Source: Heterodontus francisci (lineage: Eukaryota). From it: a stretch of 64,000 bases of DNA. Where the stretch lies: positions 33,165,075-33,229,074 of the forward strand of contig NC_090376.1 of assembly GCF_036365525.1 (NCBI RefSeq). Direction: 5' to 3'. The notes under the pieces were generated by a model. The model worked only from the letters and a program-made list of their open reading frames with translations. It did no database searches and had not been told where the DNA came from. Positions within the stretch are counted from its first letter, which is position 1. Every line of letters begins with the position of its first letter. Below are positions 1 to 13,361 of the stretch, piece after piece. Made by a program: the position numbers and the translations under genes.

Positions 1-178
1 CCAAACAATTAAGGTGAATGAGGCAGGCTCATACGGTGATGGGGGCAGAGGTGGAGAAGCTGGCGCCAGCTAATGCCACGGCAGGTGTTGGCAGCATATT
101 TAAAGGCCTACCAGTCCTGCATTCAATGAATGATCTGTAACTGGAAGGATTTCTTCAGGGGAGAAAGGCTGCAGAACA

Positions 179-1964
179 ATGGCAGAAGGAAGACCCCGGG
201 TGGCCTCATGCTTTAGTGATGCCTCGCTCCAGGTTCTCTTATTTGCTGCCAGGGAAAGGTGGGCTATATTATTCCTTAGGGATGAGAGGAGGAGAGCTAG
301 GCACCTGACCAAGCAAGCCTGGCTGCAGATTGCGAAGGAGGTCAGCAGCTGTGGGGTCACCCCAAGGACCTGGATTCAGTGCTACAAGCAGCTCAATGAC
401 CTCATCCGGGCAGCAAAGGTGAGTACCTAATAAACCATTGACATCCTGGACCTTGCATTTGTCCGAGAAGGAGGGTGTGTTGGGTGGAGAGGGAGTGCTC
501 ACCCAGGCATTGGCAAAGGGTCAGGCCATACAGACAAGCTGCTTGAGGCATGGCGAAATGGCACTAAGAGGCGGCCTTTTGTCATTGGAGACCCTCATAA
601 AGTCCCTGGAAAGGGGCCGCATACAGGAGGTATCTGTGTGCCCCCATTATTACCCACTGGACTATCACTAGCATATGTCTTGGGCTTGCCCTGCTGGATG
701 ACCAACAACATTCATCTTTTGCCTGCAGGTGAAGATAGCATACAAACTCAGACAGCGAGCCAAGACCGGTGGTGGACTGATAATTCTTCATATCCTGAGA
801 CCGATGGAGGAGGAGACCACGGACCGCAGTATGGACAGTGCGTTGTTGATGGAGAGACAGGGGCACCTTCCCAAGACAGTGAGCAAGGTCACCATGGGGC
901 ACAAGGGTGCATCTGCAGTGATGGAGCTGGTGCCTACAGAAATCTCTAACATTGAGGTGTTTGCTATGTCGGAAGCCGAAGTCTTGGACTCTTCAATGTC
1001 TCTGTTCTTTCATGCAGATCATGTGGAGCATTCAGAGAGAGCCTCTGAGACTATGGGACAGACTGCAACCTCTGAGGAGGAGGAAAGAGCCTCAGAGGAT
1101 GCATCGTCACCTCAAACCCCTGCACCCTCCACCAGCACACATACTCTCACGCTGGAGGGTATGTGCTCACTGTTAAATTTGGGCACACAACCTGGTGAAC
1201 ACAGCACTGACATGCCTGAGCATCTGACGGAGGCTGTGACAGCCCAGGCCTCTGACAGTTGGAGGACTGTGAAAGGCCAGGCCCATGCTGAGCCCCAGGC
1301 TCCTGATTTGCCTATGATGTCGCCAGCATCACAAGAAATGCTTTTGCTGCAGCGAGAGGCCAAGCAACATCTGGCAGAGACGCTAGAGGCTATGTGTGCT
1401 GAAGCACGGACAATGGAGCAGTCCATCCAGGCCTTGGGTGCTGCACTTCCTCGATTGGAAGCTCTCCTGGAGAACCAAATCCAGCAGAGCACTCAATGTC
1501 TGCAGGATATTCGTGCAGACCTGCATGCCTTTGCCTTGACCATGAGTGCAAGGCAGTAGTGGTGAGGTGAGAGGGGAAACAGGGGACCTGGAGTAACCGC
1601 CAGATCCTTCACCCTCTCAGGTCAGCAGGGAGGCAGAGGTCTGCCTTGATAGGGAGGAGAGTGGCTGCCCACAGCAGCTGGGGGTTCCTCTCAGGGTGCT
1701 CCTGATGCGGGCAGCAGTTCCTCTGCACCTCTGCCAGTGATGCCAGATCTATCTTCATCCCTGATGACAGGGGGTGATACTGCTTCTGTGCAGGAGGCCC
1801 TCAGCATGCCAGGGCCCTCCAGGCTAAAGGCATCCAGAGGACGACCGCCAAGATCACCCGTAGCCAAGGGGCAGCAAGGTCGGCAGCCTGCCTCCACTTC
1901 AGCTGACAGTGCAGGGGGAGCACCACATAGCAGTGCACACAAAATAATAAAGAAGAGCACATAG
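179..1964 (+). pseudogene. Harbinger Myb/SANT-like DNA-binding protein gene, spliced (exon 1 179-418, exon 2 from 729)
   Basis: Exon 1 ends AWLQIAKEVSS..PRTWIQCYKQLNDLIRAAK|gtgagt (80 codons, phase 0); acceptor ttttgcctgcag at 728 joins VKIAYKLRQRAKTGGG (KTGGG motif); stop at 1559, with a degenerate C-terminal part in ORF 1737-1964. Confidence 0.8.
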
Positions 1965-2319
1965 AAGTATGGGGGATTCACAGGTGAATGTGTAATGTTA
2001 TTAGAAATGGTTGCACTTGGTGTCATGATAATAAATATATTGTTATATTGCACAAGATCTCCTTCCTCTTATTTTTGGCCTTTGGTGCTTCATTTCAACC
2101 CTTCCTCTGCCAAGGGGCTTGAGCGAGGGTCAGGCGGTGAGGGGTCAACTCTGGAGCTTTGCCTGCTGAGCTCTGCACACCTGGGCGCTGATTGAATGCT
2201 TCCTGAAGGAAGGAAGGCAACAACAGGATGGCATAAAGGTCAGTCGTTATTGGCGAACCTACAACTGGCAGTAAAGATCAAAGGAAACGCGAATGTATGA
2301 GGGCATCTCGAGCCTCCCT

Positions 2320-3660
2320 TGCATGTATCTCATAGCGTCTCTCCTGGTGTCCCTCCGGTCCTTCATCTGGCGATGCTTGGCCAACTTCCTCCTCCACATC
2401 CTCATCATCCGAGGAGGCAGTACACGCTTCGTTATCCTCATTATAATAAAAGCAAAATACTGCGGATGCTGGAAATCTGAAACAAAAACAAGAAATGCTG
2501 GAATCACTCAGCAGGTCTGGCAGCATCTGTGGAAAGAGAAGCAGAGTTAACGTTTTGGGTCAGTGACCCTTCTTCGTTATCCTCATTGTTCAACACCTCC
2601 CCCCTCTGTAGAGCCAGTGTACAGCAGACTGCCACAATATGTGAGACCCTCACCGGGGCATACTGAAGGGCTCCACAGGACTGATCCAGGCACCTGAATC
2701 TCACCTTGAGCAGACCAATGGCCTGCTCAATGATCGCTCGCATTGTCCCCTGGCAGGTGTTGTACCTTTCCTTTGTATCTATGTGTGGGTTCCTTACAGG
2801 CATCAGGAGCCAAGTCCTCAGTGGGTAGCCCTTGTCTCCAAAGATCCATGAGGGAGACGGGAAAAGCTCTGGTACATTGGACTGCCTTAAAATGTAGGCA
2901 TTGTGGCAACCTCCCCGGAAGCGTGCACAGACCTGCAGGCTCTGTTTACGATGGTTTCAGACAGGTTGTCCACTGAGGGAGTGGAAGCCCTTCCTGTTGA
3001 TGAAGGCTGCTGGCTAGTGCTCAGGAACCTTGATGGCCCCTGCACCTGGGGGAATCCAGCAATGGCCCCGATCCTAATGGACCTCTCAGCTTTAGAGTTG
3101 GGATCAGTGTAGAAGAGCACATAGTTGCCGGCCCTCTTGAAAATGGCATTAGTGAACTCTGTGATGCACTGATGGGCTGCAGACTGTGAGATCCCACATA
3201 TATCCCCATTGGATCCATGGCACGATCCAGAGGTGTAAAAATTTAGGGCCACGGTGACCTTCAGTACCACTGGCATTGGATTTCCACCAAGTCCCCTGGG
3301 GTACAGCTCATCCTGCATCCCAGGGTATAGGTCAGTGACGGTCTCCCTGGAGAGGCAATGTCATCATTGGCACTTCTTGGACATCTGTAGGGAGTTGATC
3401 TTTGACCGGCAAACCCTCTCGGAGGATAGCTTCTTCTGCATGGAAGAGGCTGCTGACTTTCCCCTCTGCACCCTTCTCCACTGTCTGGAGGCTGATGCTG
3501 ACCCTCCTTTGAGCTCACAGGTTGTTGCTGTGCCACAGCTTGTGCCTGGACTTCCCTCCCACTCTGTTGCACCTCCTCTTCAATGGGGGCCCCAAAGCCT
3601 GTGATAGGTGGCCTCTCCCTGAGTTCAAGGCCTTCACTGCCAACGGTTCACCCCACTCAT
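2320..3660 (-). pseudogene. HARBI1-like DDE transposase, frameshifted
   Basis: Translated segments PVVLKVTVALNFYTSGS..GDICGISQSAAH..AGFPQVQG and RAIIEQAIGLLKVRFRCLD..GALQYAP..IVAVCCTL are typical Harbinger transposase motifs; ends approximate. Confidence 0.85.
2443..2571 (-). mobile_element. Short Penelope-like 3' fragment inserted in the transposase, with broken hammerhead motif
   Basis: Flanked by direct repeat cttcgttatcctcatt (2427-2442, 2572-2587); homologous to 34233-34340 and 43873-43960. Confidence 0.75.
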
Positions 3661-4779
3661 TCCCCTCACTTGTCACCTCTGATGAGGTGGCACTTGCCCG
3701 TTGCCTGTCCTGGTATGGCACCCCCACAGTGCTGGCACCTTTGCCCCACTCCTCAGACGATGCCCTCCCATCTCCACCCAGCCTGGAAGTTGATCCTGCC
3801 TTTCCTGGAGGCCTCCCTTTGAAGCCAGCAATGAGCTCCCACCTCCATGTCGCCTTCATTGGAACATAGGAGCATTCATCAACCATGAAGCCTCATGATT
3901 CCCAAGCGCCGTTATTAAAATTTGAAACTAAGAATAAAATCACTGTCAATAGGCCTCTTAACTACCTTAATTATCTGCCACATGATGTCTGCTCTCTGCC
4001 ATTCAGGTTTGGTCCCAGCCATAAAATCAGGAAGGGATGTCATGGCGTCAGACATCCTGTATCCTGTCCCAATTTAATGTTACCCCACCGCCGCACCACC
4101 CCACCCCCCCCCCCCACCCCCGCACCGCCCCCAGTCAACTCCATTCCCTTTCTCATTCCCAAAGTCTGCCCACTGTGTAACCCTTGTGCTGTTTGGATAG
4201 AAGGAATCCAAGGATAAAAAGGCTCTTAGTTGCCCTTTTAATTCACTCAATTTCATTCCAACCAGACCCAATGGGGTTCCTCACCAGACTCGGAACCTGG
4301 CACGGGAAAGCTGGAAAAGGATGGGATAACATCGGGAACCCCATCCAAAGTCACTTTACCATCCCATATGCACTGGTTCCTGCCTCAACTCAGCTGGGAA
4401 ATTTCTGTCCAACGTCTCCCCTCATTCATCCTATCAACATATATCACCTCACACTTTCTGGGTTGAATTTCATCTGCCACGAGTCTGCCCATTCCAACAG
4501 ACTTTTATGTCATTTATTACTAGTTCATTATTGTTTTCTGCACTTTCAAGTTTCATGTCATCTGCAAATTTTGAAATTGTTCCCTGTATCCTCATATCAT
4601 TAAAGTATATCAAAAACAGCCCTGGTCCTAGTATTGAACCTTAGACAACTCCACTCCAGTCTGAAAAACAGCCATTCATTACAACTCTCTGTTTACTATC
4701 CCTTAGCCAATTTTGTAGCCAATTTTTTTATGTTGCTGCCCCTTTTATCCCATGGGCTTCAATCTTGCTAACAAGCCTG

Positions 4780-5625
4780 TGCTACGACCAGGTGAGAAGG
4801 AGGTCCAAGGTTCCCTTTCAGCCTTCACCTGGTCTTAGTTAACAGGATTTTATTTTGTAACACACTGTTTTGAGCTCCCCCTTGGTGAATCCTTATTTAC
4901 CACTTTCCAATTATAAGGCAAAGAAACCAGCACAAACCAGGCTTTCTTAGGTTTAAAGAGGAAAGGTAAAATCTTATTAAACTTAAACTAAAAACTCTAA
5001 TTCGGTTAACGCTCACGGATACACACCATGCCCCACGCTAGCATGCATACGCGATACGCACATGCAAATAGAGACAGAAAAGAGCAGAAGAAAAATAGAG
5101 TGGAAAGGTTTGAGGCAATATCTGAAGAGTTTTTGTTACGGGTCTTTGAGCTCACTGTAGAGTCCTTGTTTGAAGGCGGATCTTGCTTCTCATTGGGGCC
5201 CAGTATTCTTCTTAAACCTTGTTCACTGTAGGAGACTTTTCTCTCTTGGAGTTCATGTGTCTTCAGTCGGTTTTGGAGTTCCGTGAGAAAGAGATGGGAG
5301 CAGACAGGAGAGGCTGTGGCGAGCCAGCCAGGAGAGGTCTTTTCAATCCAAGAGCAAAGAGCTTTCTATCAGTTCAAACACTGTCTCTACAATTTAAAAC
5401 TCTCAGTTCAAACTCTGCAACAGCCTGTAGGCTATGTGACTAACTGGTCTGACCACGTCTGTTTGTGGATTGTATTGGAGCAGCTCCTTTGTCTACAAGC
5501 TCCTTTGTCCACTGTCGGTTAATACGCAAAAATGTCTTTCCAGCCAGGGGCCTGGCAACCCCTTGTCACAGGCCTTCTCTCCTGCCCAGCAATAATTTGA
5601 AATTTAACGTCCATGTGGCAAAATT
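4780..5625 (-). mobile_element. Solo LTR (family A), one end eroded
   Basis: tgctacgaccaggtgagaagg.. is homologous to the 53053 LTR start and to the reverse complement of the 35174 and 39107 ends; shared cacgctagcatgc box. Confidence 0.7.
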
Positions 5626-5780
5626 ATAAATACATCAACTGCACTGCCCTCATCCACCCTCTCTGTTACGTTATCAAAAAACTCAATCAAGTTAGTCAAA
5701 CACAACTTGCCCATCCAACCTAGCGCTCCTTTATTAGTCCATGCTTGTCCAAGTGGCTGTTAATTTTCACCCAGATTATT

Positions 5781-6602
5781 GGGCAGAAATTTATTCCGTG
5801 ATGGGATCCCAGCAGCGGGCCGGAAGATGTGCGGAGAACCCACCTTGGGCCTCTGTCGGACCCCCATTGCTAATCCATAGCAGGCGGCCTATGAACTGCC
5901 TGCCATCAGGGACGCTGTCCCTTTAAGGTATGAGCTCCCGCCTCCAAAGTTGCTGGCCAATCAGAGGGCCACTGCTAGTATTGCAGGAGGCCCTACAATA
6001 CCGAGGATTGGAGGAGGCCACTGGAGAAGTAAGTGGAGTTGGGGTCTCTGGGGCATCCCCCCACCCTAGATTGCCCCAATGGGAGGGACAGCTCCCCCCA
6101 CCGACCCCACTAGGAGGCTTCTTCAACAAAATTGAAGTGGAGGTGGGAAGAAGCCCTTAAGTAAACATTAATTGGCCACTTTTTTTTAGATTAGAGATAC
6201 AGCACTGAAACAGGCCCTTCGGCCCACCGAGTCTGTGCCGACCATCAACCACCCAGTTATATAATCCTACACTAATCCCATATTCCTACCAAACATCCCC
6301 ACCTGACCCTAATTTCCCTACCACCTACCTATACTAGTGACAATTTATAAAGGCCAATTTACCTACCAACCTGCAAGTCTTTTGGCTTGTGGGAGGAAAC
6401 CGGAGCACCCGGAGAAAACCCACGCAGACACAGGGAGAACTTGCAAACTCCACACAGGCAGTGCCCAGTACACTTAACGACCTCAATTGCCCTGGGGCAG
6501 GAAGACCGCTCTTGGACAAAATGACAGGGGGCCCGGACGACATCAGAAATGATGCCCTCCTGCCTCTTTGCCCATTTCCAAGGGCAGAACAAAATTCTGC
6601 CC
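5781..6602. mobile_element. Harbinger-type MITE
   Basis: TIRs gggcagaaattt / aaaattctgccc; 3-bp TSD ATT (5778-5780, 6603-6605). Confidence 0.85.
6181..6469 (-). mobile_element. HE1-type V-SINE, 5'-truncated, nested in the MITE
   Basis: V-domain (ccgggtgctccggtttcctccc) and CR1-like tail; near-identical to 32835-33190. Confidence 0.9.
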
Positions 6603-7429
6603 ATTGTCTCTAAAAGCTTCCCCACCACTGAAGTTAAACTGACTGGCCAGTTATTGCCAAGTTTATCCTCCTGTCCCTTGGGCCCACCTCTGTATTTAAG
6701 GAGGATGGAAGATTGTGGCCAGCATCTCTGCAAAATCTACCATTTCAAACATTTTTCTGTGGTAATTTTCCTGAATAAAGCAATTTATGTTCCCATGTTA
6801 AAATAATTATTTACAACATGTTACATGTGCGATGAATTGAACTTTAAATGTCAAATTTTAAACTGGCTCATTAATCTAATAATACATTCTGAATGGTTAT
6901 AACAGTTTAATTCAAGTGCTTCAGAAATTTTTGGCATATAAGCCAGTATATTTTGGCACATATTGATTGGAGTTCTTTGCATATACATTGCTGACGACTA
7001 TTACATTTAATGCTGTTTCCTTCACACAATAGTGAAAACTGATAGCCCTAAACCCATTTAACACAGCAATACATAAAAATCAATATTAAAGTAATACTTC
7101 ATCATTTAAGCAATGGAGCTGAATCAAACTATTGCATCATCTTTAAAGATTATAATCACCTTTTAATTTATTTTTAATCTTTTTTCCTCACGTGTCAATG
7201 CATCATTCGCCTCATTTGGTTCATTGCTGCTGAGGGTGAATTCAAATTCTTATTTCACACTGATGAATTATTTTTTGGTAATTATTTGGCAATCACCTCA
7301 CTATTAATTCAGGGTTGACTTTTTCAGTTTGATATTGCTGTTTCATATATTTTAATTTGTTAAATGCATCTTTTATTAAATGTGTAACTCAGGTATTATA
7401 TCAAAGTGAATTGCAAGACTGGGATCATT

Positions 7430-7840
7430 TTTTATATTTATTCATGGGATGTGGGTGTTGCTGGCAAGGCCAGCATTTATTGCCCATCCTAGTTGCCCTT
7501 GAGAAGGTGATAGTGAGCCACCTTCTTGAAGCATTGCAGTCCATCATTGTGGGTTTGGTACTCTTGAATAGCTTGCTAGGCCGATTCAGAGGACAGTTAA
7601 GAGTCAACCACATTGCTGTGGGTCTGGCGTCACATATAGGCCAGACTGGGTAAGAATAGCAAGCTTCTTCCTGATAGGGCATCAGTGAACGAGTTGAATT
7701 TTTACAACAATCTGGTAGTTTCATGGTCACCATTACAGATACTAGCTGTTTTGTTCCAAATTTATTTAATCAATTGAATTTAAATTCTCCAACTGCCATG
7801 GTGGGATTTGAACTCAAGTCCCCAGATTGTTAGTCCAGGC
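7430..7840 (-). mobile_element. tRNA-derived SINE with CR1-like 3' tail
   Basis: B-box-like gagttcaaatccc on - strand; tail gggcaataaatgctggccttgccagc shared with LINE copies ending near 9800 and 12100. Confidence 0.7.
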
Positions 7841-8104
7841 CTGTCCACCTAAAATGTCTGGATGCAGGTTTGCACTGTTTCTGAACCAGTGTAAATGCAG
7901 GAAATTTTCCTTTAATCTCTTTTGGATAGGGGGCGTGAGTAATGCTAATGAGAAATGGAGGGCCTGGACAAAGGGCTGGTTGAACTGAAGCAAAACAGCG
8001 TGGAAATTCAGAAATATTTTAAGGAGTGTAAGTGACTTACACCTGTTCTTAAGCTACAACTGAATTTCCTCAATCCCTTACAGTGATATTCTTAATTTAA
8101 TCAA

Positions 8105-8475
8105 AGACAGATTAATTGGTCATTCATCATATTGTTGCTTGTGGAACCTCTCAATGCACAAATCAAGCTGTCGTGTTTACCTACATAACAGCAGTGAGTA
8201 CACCTCAAAAAGTAATGCATTGGCTTTGAGACATTCCGAGGACATATTCTGGTGCTATATAAATTTGATTGTTTTTCCTAAATGAAAAGAAAAAGAAGGA
8301 AGATTTGTAGAGTGAGGAGGGGAGCAGTAATTATTTTCTTTCTAAACAAATGATCTGTAATAGATCACATGACACTATTCAAAGAAGGGCAGGCATTTTC
8401 ACATATTGGCCAATATTAATTTCTTAAAAACATCACCAAACAGATTATCTGGTCAATTAACTCATTACTGTCATA
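8105..8475 (+). mobile_element. Remnants of Deu-domain SINE
   Basis: Similar to the 59385-59826 copy (acagattatctggtc.., acataacagcagtga..). Confidence 0.55.
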
Positions 8476-8534
8476 AAATTAAATAAGTCAAATCAAATAG
8501 GATAAATTCCCTATGCATTTTACCAGTTGAGAAT

Positions 8535-9070
8535 ATTATTGCACATCTGGAGCAACAAATACGGTATACAAATTGAAAGAAGTACAGATACATTGCTGTT
8601 TCACTTGGAAAGTGTATGGGGCCTTGGACGGTGGGAAGAGAGGAGGTAAACGGGCAGGTGTTGCATCTCCTGCACTAGCATGGAAAGGTGTTGTGGGAAA
8701 GGGCTGGGGTTTTGGAAATGATTGAGGAGTGGACCAGGGTGTCACGGAGGGAGCAGTCCCTTCAGAATGCTGAAAGGGCAGGGGAGGAGATGTTGTGTTT
8801 GGTGGTGGTATCATGTTGGAGATGGCAGAAATAGCAGAAGATGATCAGTTGAATACAGAGGCTGGTGGTATGGAAGATGAGAACAAGGTTCCCCTATCAT
8901 AGTATTGGGGGTAAGTCAAAGTGATGAGAGCAGAACTGTGGGGAATGGATGAACATGGTCGAGGGCCATGTCAACCATGGCTGTGAAAGAGAATCGTTTG
9001 TTGAGAAAAAGGGAAGACATATCAGAAGTACTGGCATGGAAGGTTGCATCATTAGAACAGATGCATTGAT
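8535..9070 (-). mobile_element. Penelope-like element fragment (RT thumb to start of GIY-YIG)
   Basis: Translation TFQVKQQCICTSFNL(V)Y resembles the PLE linker preceding GIY-YIG; degenerate. Confidence 0.6.
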
Positions 9071-9077
9071 GAATGGA

Positions 9078-9806
9078 GATGGAGAATCTAACCACCTTCC
9101 TTTGACGTTCAACAGCATTACCATCGCCGAAACCTCCACCATCAACATCCTGGGAGTTAACATTGACGAAAACTGAACTGGATCAGCCATATAAATGCCG
9201 TGGCTACAAGAGCAGGTCGAAGGCTGGGAATTCTATGGCAAGTAACTTACCTCCTGACTCCCCAAGACTGTCCACCATCTCCAAGGCACAAGTCAGGAGT
9301 GTGATGGAATTCTGTCCACTTGCCTGGATGAATGCAGCTCCAACAACACTGAAAAAGCTCAACACTATCCAGGACAAAGCAGCCCACTTGAACAGCACCC
9401 CATCCATCATCTCAAACATCCACTCTGTCCACCACCACCGCACAGTGGCTACAGGGGTATACCATTTACAGGATACACTGCAGCTACTCGCCAACTCTCC
9501 TTCAACAGCAGCTTCAAAACCTGCAACCTCTACACCTAGAAGACCAAGGGCAGCAGATGCCTGGGAACAACACAATCTGTAAGTTCCCCTCCAAGTCACA
9601 CACCATCCTGACTTGGAGCTATATCGCCGTTCCTTCACTGCCATAGGGTCAAAATCCTGGAACTCCCTCCCTGGGTGTATCTACACCATATGGACTGCTG
9701 TGGTTCAAGAAGGCAGCTCACCACCACCTCTTCAAGGGCAATTAGGGCTGGGCAATAAATGCTGGCCTAGCCAGCAACACTGACATCCTAAGAACGAATT
9801 AATAAA
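9078..9806 (+). mobile_element. CR1-superfamily LINE (family B), 3' fragment
   Basis: KAQVRSVMEFCPLAWMNAAPTTLKKLNTIQDKA RT C-terminus; shared 3' tail. Confidence 0.85.
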
Positions 9807-10984
9807 ACTCTAAAGCCCTTGAATTGTCTTCATTTGTATTTGGTTGGTTGAAATCTCCAGCTAAAATAACTTCCCTGTCCTCACATGCCTTTGTTATCTC
9901 TTCCAAAAGCAAATATTTCTGTTTCTTGTGTTGGCCTGGAGTTATGTCGTGTTAGATTGGATTTTTCACATTAGAGATTTTTATCCAGAGTAATTCTCTG
10001 TGTAGTTTATTCATTCACTATGTTATTTATCTTGCAGCTGTCTCTGACCTATATGACTACACCAAATTCTTTTGTCCCTTCTATCTTATCGAAGTTAATT
10101 CAGAATGTGTAGATTCTGGGAAGCAGTTCTTACCCTCCACAAACTCATTGTGCAAAAGTATTAAAGAAACATATGCCAGAACAGCCAATAACCTGGCCTA
10201 AAAACATCCTGGCAGCCTTGAAACGATTCAACAAGACTCATTTGGAAGGAGGTGAGAATCCTTTTAAATAATGGTTGTGAAAGTTGCTGTCGACTGTTCC
10301 TGCCAGTACTTGGTTTGCGAGTTAAGGAAGTGATCTTTCATGTGGACACGGATGCCAATTTAACAAAAGGAGTGGGATGATTCAGGGTAGGACCCTTTTT
10401 ATCATATTTAAGTGATGCCTGTACATTGCAGGCTGCTGCCATGGACATCTATTGAGCAGAAATGTGACATTAAACATCCTTCTGGTGCTCCTTTAGCGCA
10501 GAAGTCATGCTGCTGTATTTGACTTCATCAGACCCATTTTGGACCCTGAGAATGTGCAAGTTGCATTGGAGTTTATCCCTTGCTGTATCCCAGCTTCGTT
10601 GCCGTGTTTTCGGGATGGTGTTGTGAAGGCAAAAGACTGCATCTTCCCCAAACAGGACCATCATTGTAAGGAGAAGGAGCTAGAGGCAGGATCTTGGAAT
10701 GTCAGAGTTTTCACATTCTGGACCTTCACTGGGATCTGGTGTATAATTGACCAATGTCCACATAGTCAGACCAGGCATACCTGCGTGCCCGCAGATTTTT
10801 GGGCCTACTTTGTTATATGACACCCCTATGTGAAACACCTCATTACAGCCTTGGTCCAAATATGGACCAAGATGAGATCAGCCATGATTGTACTAAATGG
10901 CGGAGCAGGCTCGAGGGGCAGAATTGCCTGCTCCTGCTCCTAGTTCTTATGATCTTATGTTCTAAAAGTGCTGAATTCTAGAGA

Positions 10985-12113
10985 CAAGATTAGAGTGACT
11001 GCCCTTGACCTCAAGGCAGCATTTGACCAAGTGCAGCATCAAGCAACCCTCGTAAAATTGAAGTCAATGGGAATCGGGGGAAAACTGTCCGCTGGTTGGA
11101 ATCATACATAGCACAAAAAAAGATGGTTGTGGTTGTTGGAGGCCAATCATCTCAGCTCCAGGACATCACTGCAGGAGTTCCTCCAGGTAGTGTCCTCGAC
11201 CCAACCAACTTCAGCTCCTTCATCAATGACCTTCCTTCACTCATAAGGTCAGAAGTAGGAATGTTCACTGATGATTGCACAATGTTCAGCACCATTCGTG
11301 ACTCCTCAGATACTGAAGCAGTCTGTGCTCACATGCAGCAAACCTTGGACAACATTCAGGCTTGGGTTGATAAGTGGCAAGTAATATTCATGCCACACAA
11401 GTGCCAGGCAATGAACATCTCCAGAACAGAATCTAACCATCTTCCCTTGACATTCAACAGCATTACTATCACTGAATCAACATCCTGGGGGTTACCATTG
11501 ACTAGAAACTGAACTGGACCAGCCATATAACTACTGTGGCTACAAGAGCAGATCAAAGGCTGAGAATTCTGTGACAAGTAACTCACCTCCTGACTCTCCA
11601 GAGCCTGTTCACCATCTACAAGGTGCATGTCAGGAGTGTGATGGAATACTCTCCACTTGCCTGGATGGGTGCAGCTTCAACAACACTCAAGAAGCTCGAC
11701 ACCATCCAGGACAAAGCAGCCTGCTTGATTGGCACCCCATCCATCACCTTAATCATCCACTGTCTCCACCGCTGGTGCACAGCAGCAGCAGTGAGTACCA
11801 TCTACAAGCTGTACAGCAGAACTCGCCAAGTCTCATTCAACAGCACCTTCCAAACCCCGAACCTCTACCAGCTAGAAGGACAAGAGCAGCAGGCACACGG
11901 CAACACCACCACCTGCAAGTTCCCCTCCAAGCCACACACCATCCTGACTTGGAACTATATTGCCGTTCCTTCATTGTCGTTGGGTCAAATTCTGGAACTA
12001 CCTTCCTAACAACAATGTAGGTGGCTCACCACCACCTTCTCAAGGGCAATTAGATTTGGGCAACAAGTGCTGGCCTTGCCAGTGATGCCCACAACCCATG
12101 AAAGTATAAAAAA
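10985..12113 (+). mobile_element. CR1-superfamily LINE (family B), 3' fragment
   Basis: GVPPGSVLDPTNFSSFINDLP..MFTDD RT motifs (ORF 11096-11512) and 3' tail. Confidence 0.9.
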
Positions 12114-13361
12114 TACACAATGAAGTATTATTGATCCTTTCGTCAGTGGAATTTTAGCACCAAAGTGTAAAGATGATATTGCGGTCAACCTATTTATTAT
12201 TAACATACATACTGTTCCAATTAAAAATATCAAGCTTATTTTGTCTCCTCTGGTTTACTCTGAATGGCCTGTGATTCTGCCCCATGTCTATACATTTTCA
12301 GAAGAGCGGTTTGGTTGATGTAATATGATAGAAACTATGTCTGTGTTTTGAAAGTTTTGAAGGACTTTCCATCCTGAAAGAGTTGAAAGACATTTGATTG
12401 GGGTCCAACTGATGGGTGACAGCTTTTATTTGGGTGTCTTAAAGGACTAATGTGCATATGTCTGGGAAGCTGACTGCTGCTATTGTGGAGGGAGATCTAT
12501 TTCTTATTTGGAGGGAATGTTCTATTTGTTTGTAAAAGATGAAGCTGATGAGAGATTCAGCTGAGTGTGTCCTTTTGAAGCCCAACCAACTCCTGCTCTT
12601 TAGCACCCCCTATTGTTTCCCAATGGCAGGAACATTTCACAGTTCCGCACAACGGAAGATAAAGATTGAATATTTTAACCCTTCATCATTTAAACTAAAA
12701 GATGCAGAATTGCTCTTTTCGACAATAAGTTTTAATGTTTAAGTCACCTTAATAAATTTAATACCAGCTACCCATTGAATCCTGAGTACCTGGGAAGTTG
12801 GAAAAGTGGGAATAAGTATTAGCAGTCGCACAATAAGTGAAAAAGGATGAGGACAGACAATAATGTGAAAAGAGTGCACTTTTACTGCTTGCTGCTCTAT
12901 TTTTCTCCCTTTCACTCCTGAAGAAGTTCACTGTGCATGGGCATGCTTCCATAGGTGGCCACTGGTACTTTACCAACATGCCCAATCTTCATATAAACCT
13001 AGATGCCAAGGGGGCCAAAATGGTCTGCACCCCAGTAACACCTAAAATGAACCAGAATACCATTTTACAATTGTTTTCCTTTTCCTTTAAACCAGGCTGT
13101 CAATTCACTATGAGCCTGTTTTGTACTACCATTGTAGACCAATTTCACCCCCTCCTAAGTGTTGGCAGACTATTCAGCAAAGGAGGGCCTCACAACCAAG
13201 CCAAATTGATTGCTCGTCTGACATCCACATATATATTTCTTTGAGCAGCAGACAAAGGGTAGTTATCTGGAGCAGGAACATTGCCTGATTTTTCCCTCTT
13301 TTACCTTGATGTCATCGCCACTGGCTTCGAGCAGTCAGTAGCAGGCATGCTAATGAACCCT

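Larger units (their letters stand above)
1..4410. mobile_element. PIF/Harbinger DNA transposon (left end outside window), two convergent genes, decayed
   Basis: Myb/SANT-like gene on + and HARBI1-like transposase on -, tail to tail; TIR-like end aaatttctgtcc at 4399-4410 resembles the MITE TIR GGGCAGAAATTT elsewhere in the window. Confidence 0.85.
4420..6680 (-). mobile_element. Degenerate CR1 LINE RT fragment split by a solo LTR and a MITE
   Basis: Matches the RT region of the CR1 at 23036-24505 (e.g. aaaaaactcaatcaagttag, cccaccactgaagttaaactgactggcc). Confidence 0.65.

Noticed and set aside
10290-10810. Further Harbinger/MITE remnants (also about 30800-31110, 31780-32340, 42740-43370, 49660-49950, 51400-51880)
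   Set aside because: They look repeat-derived, but termini and TSDs could not be fixed by eye, so they are not listed as features.
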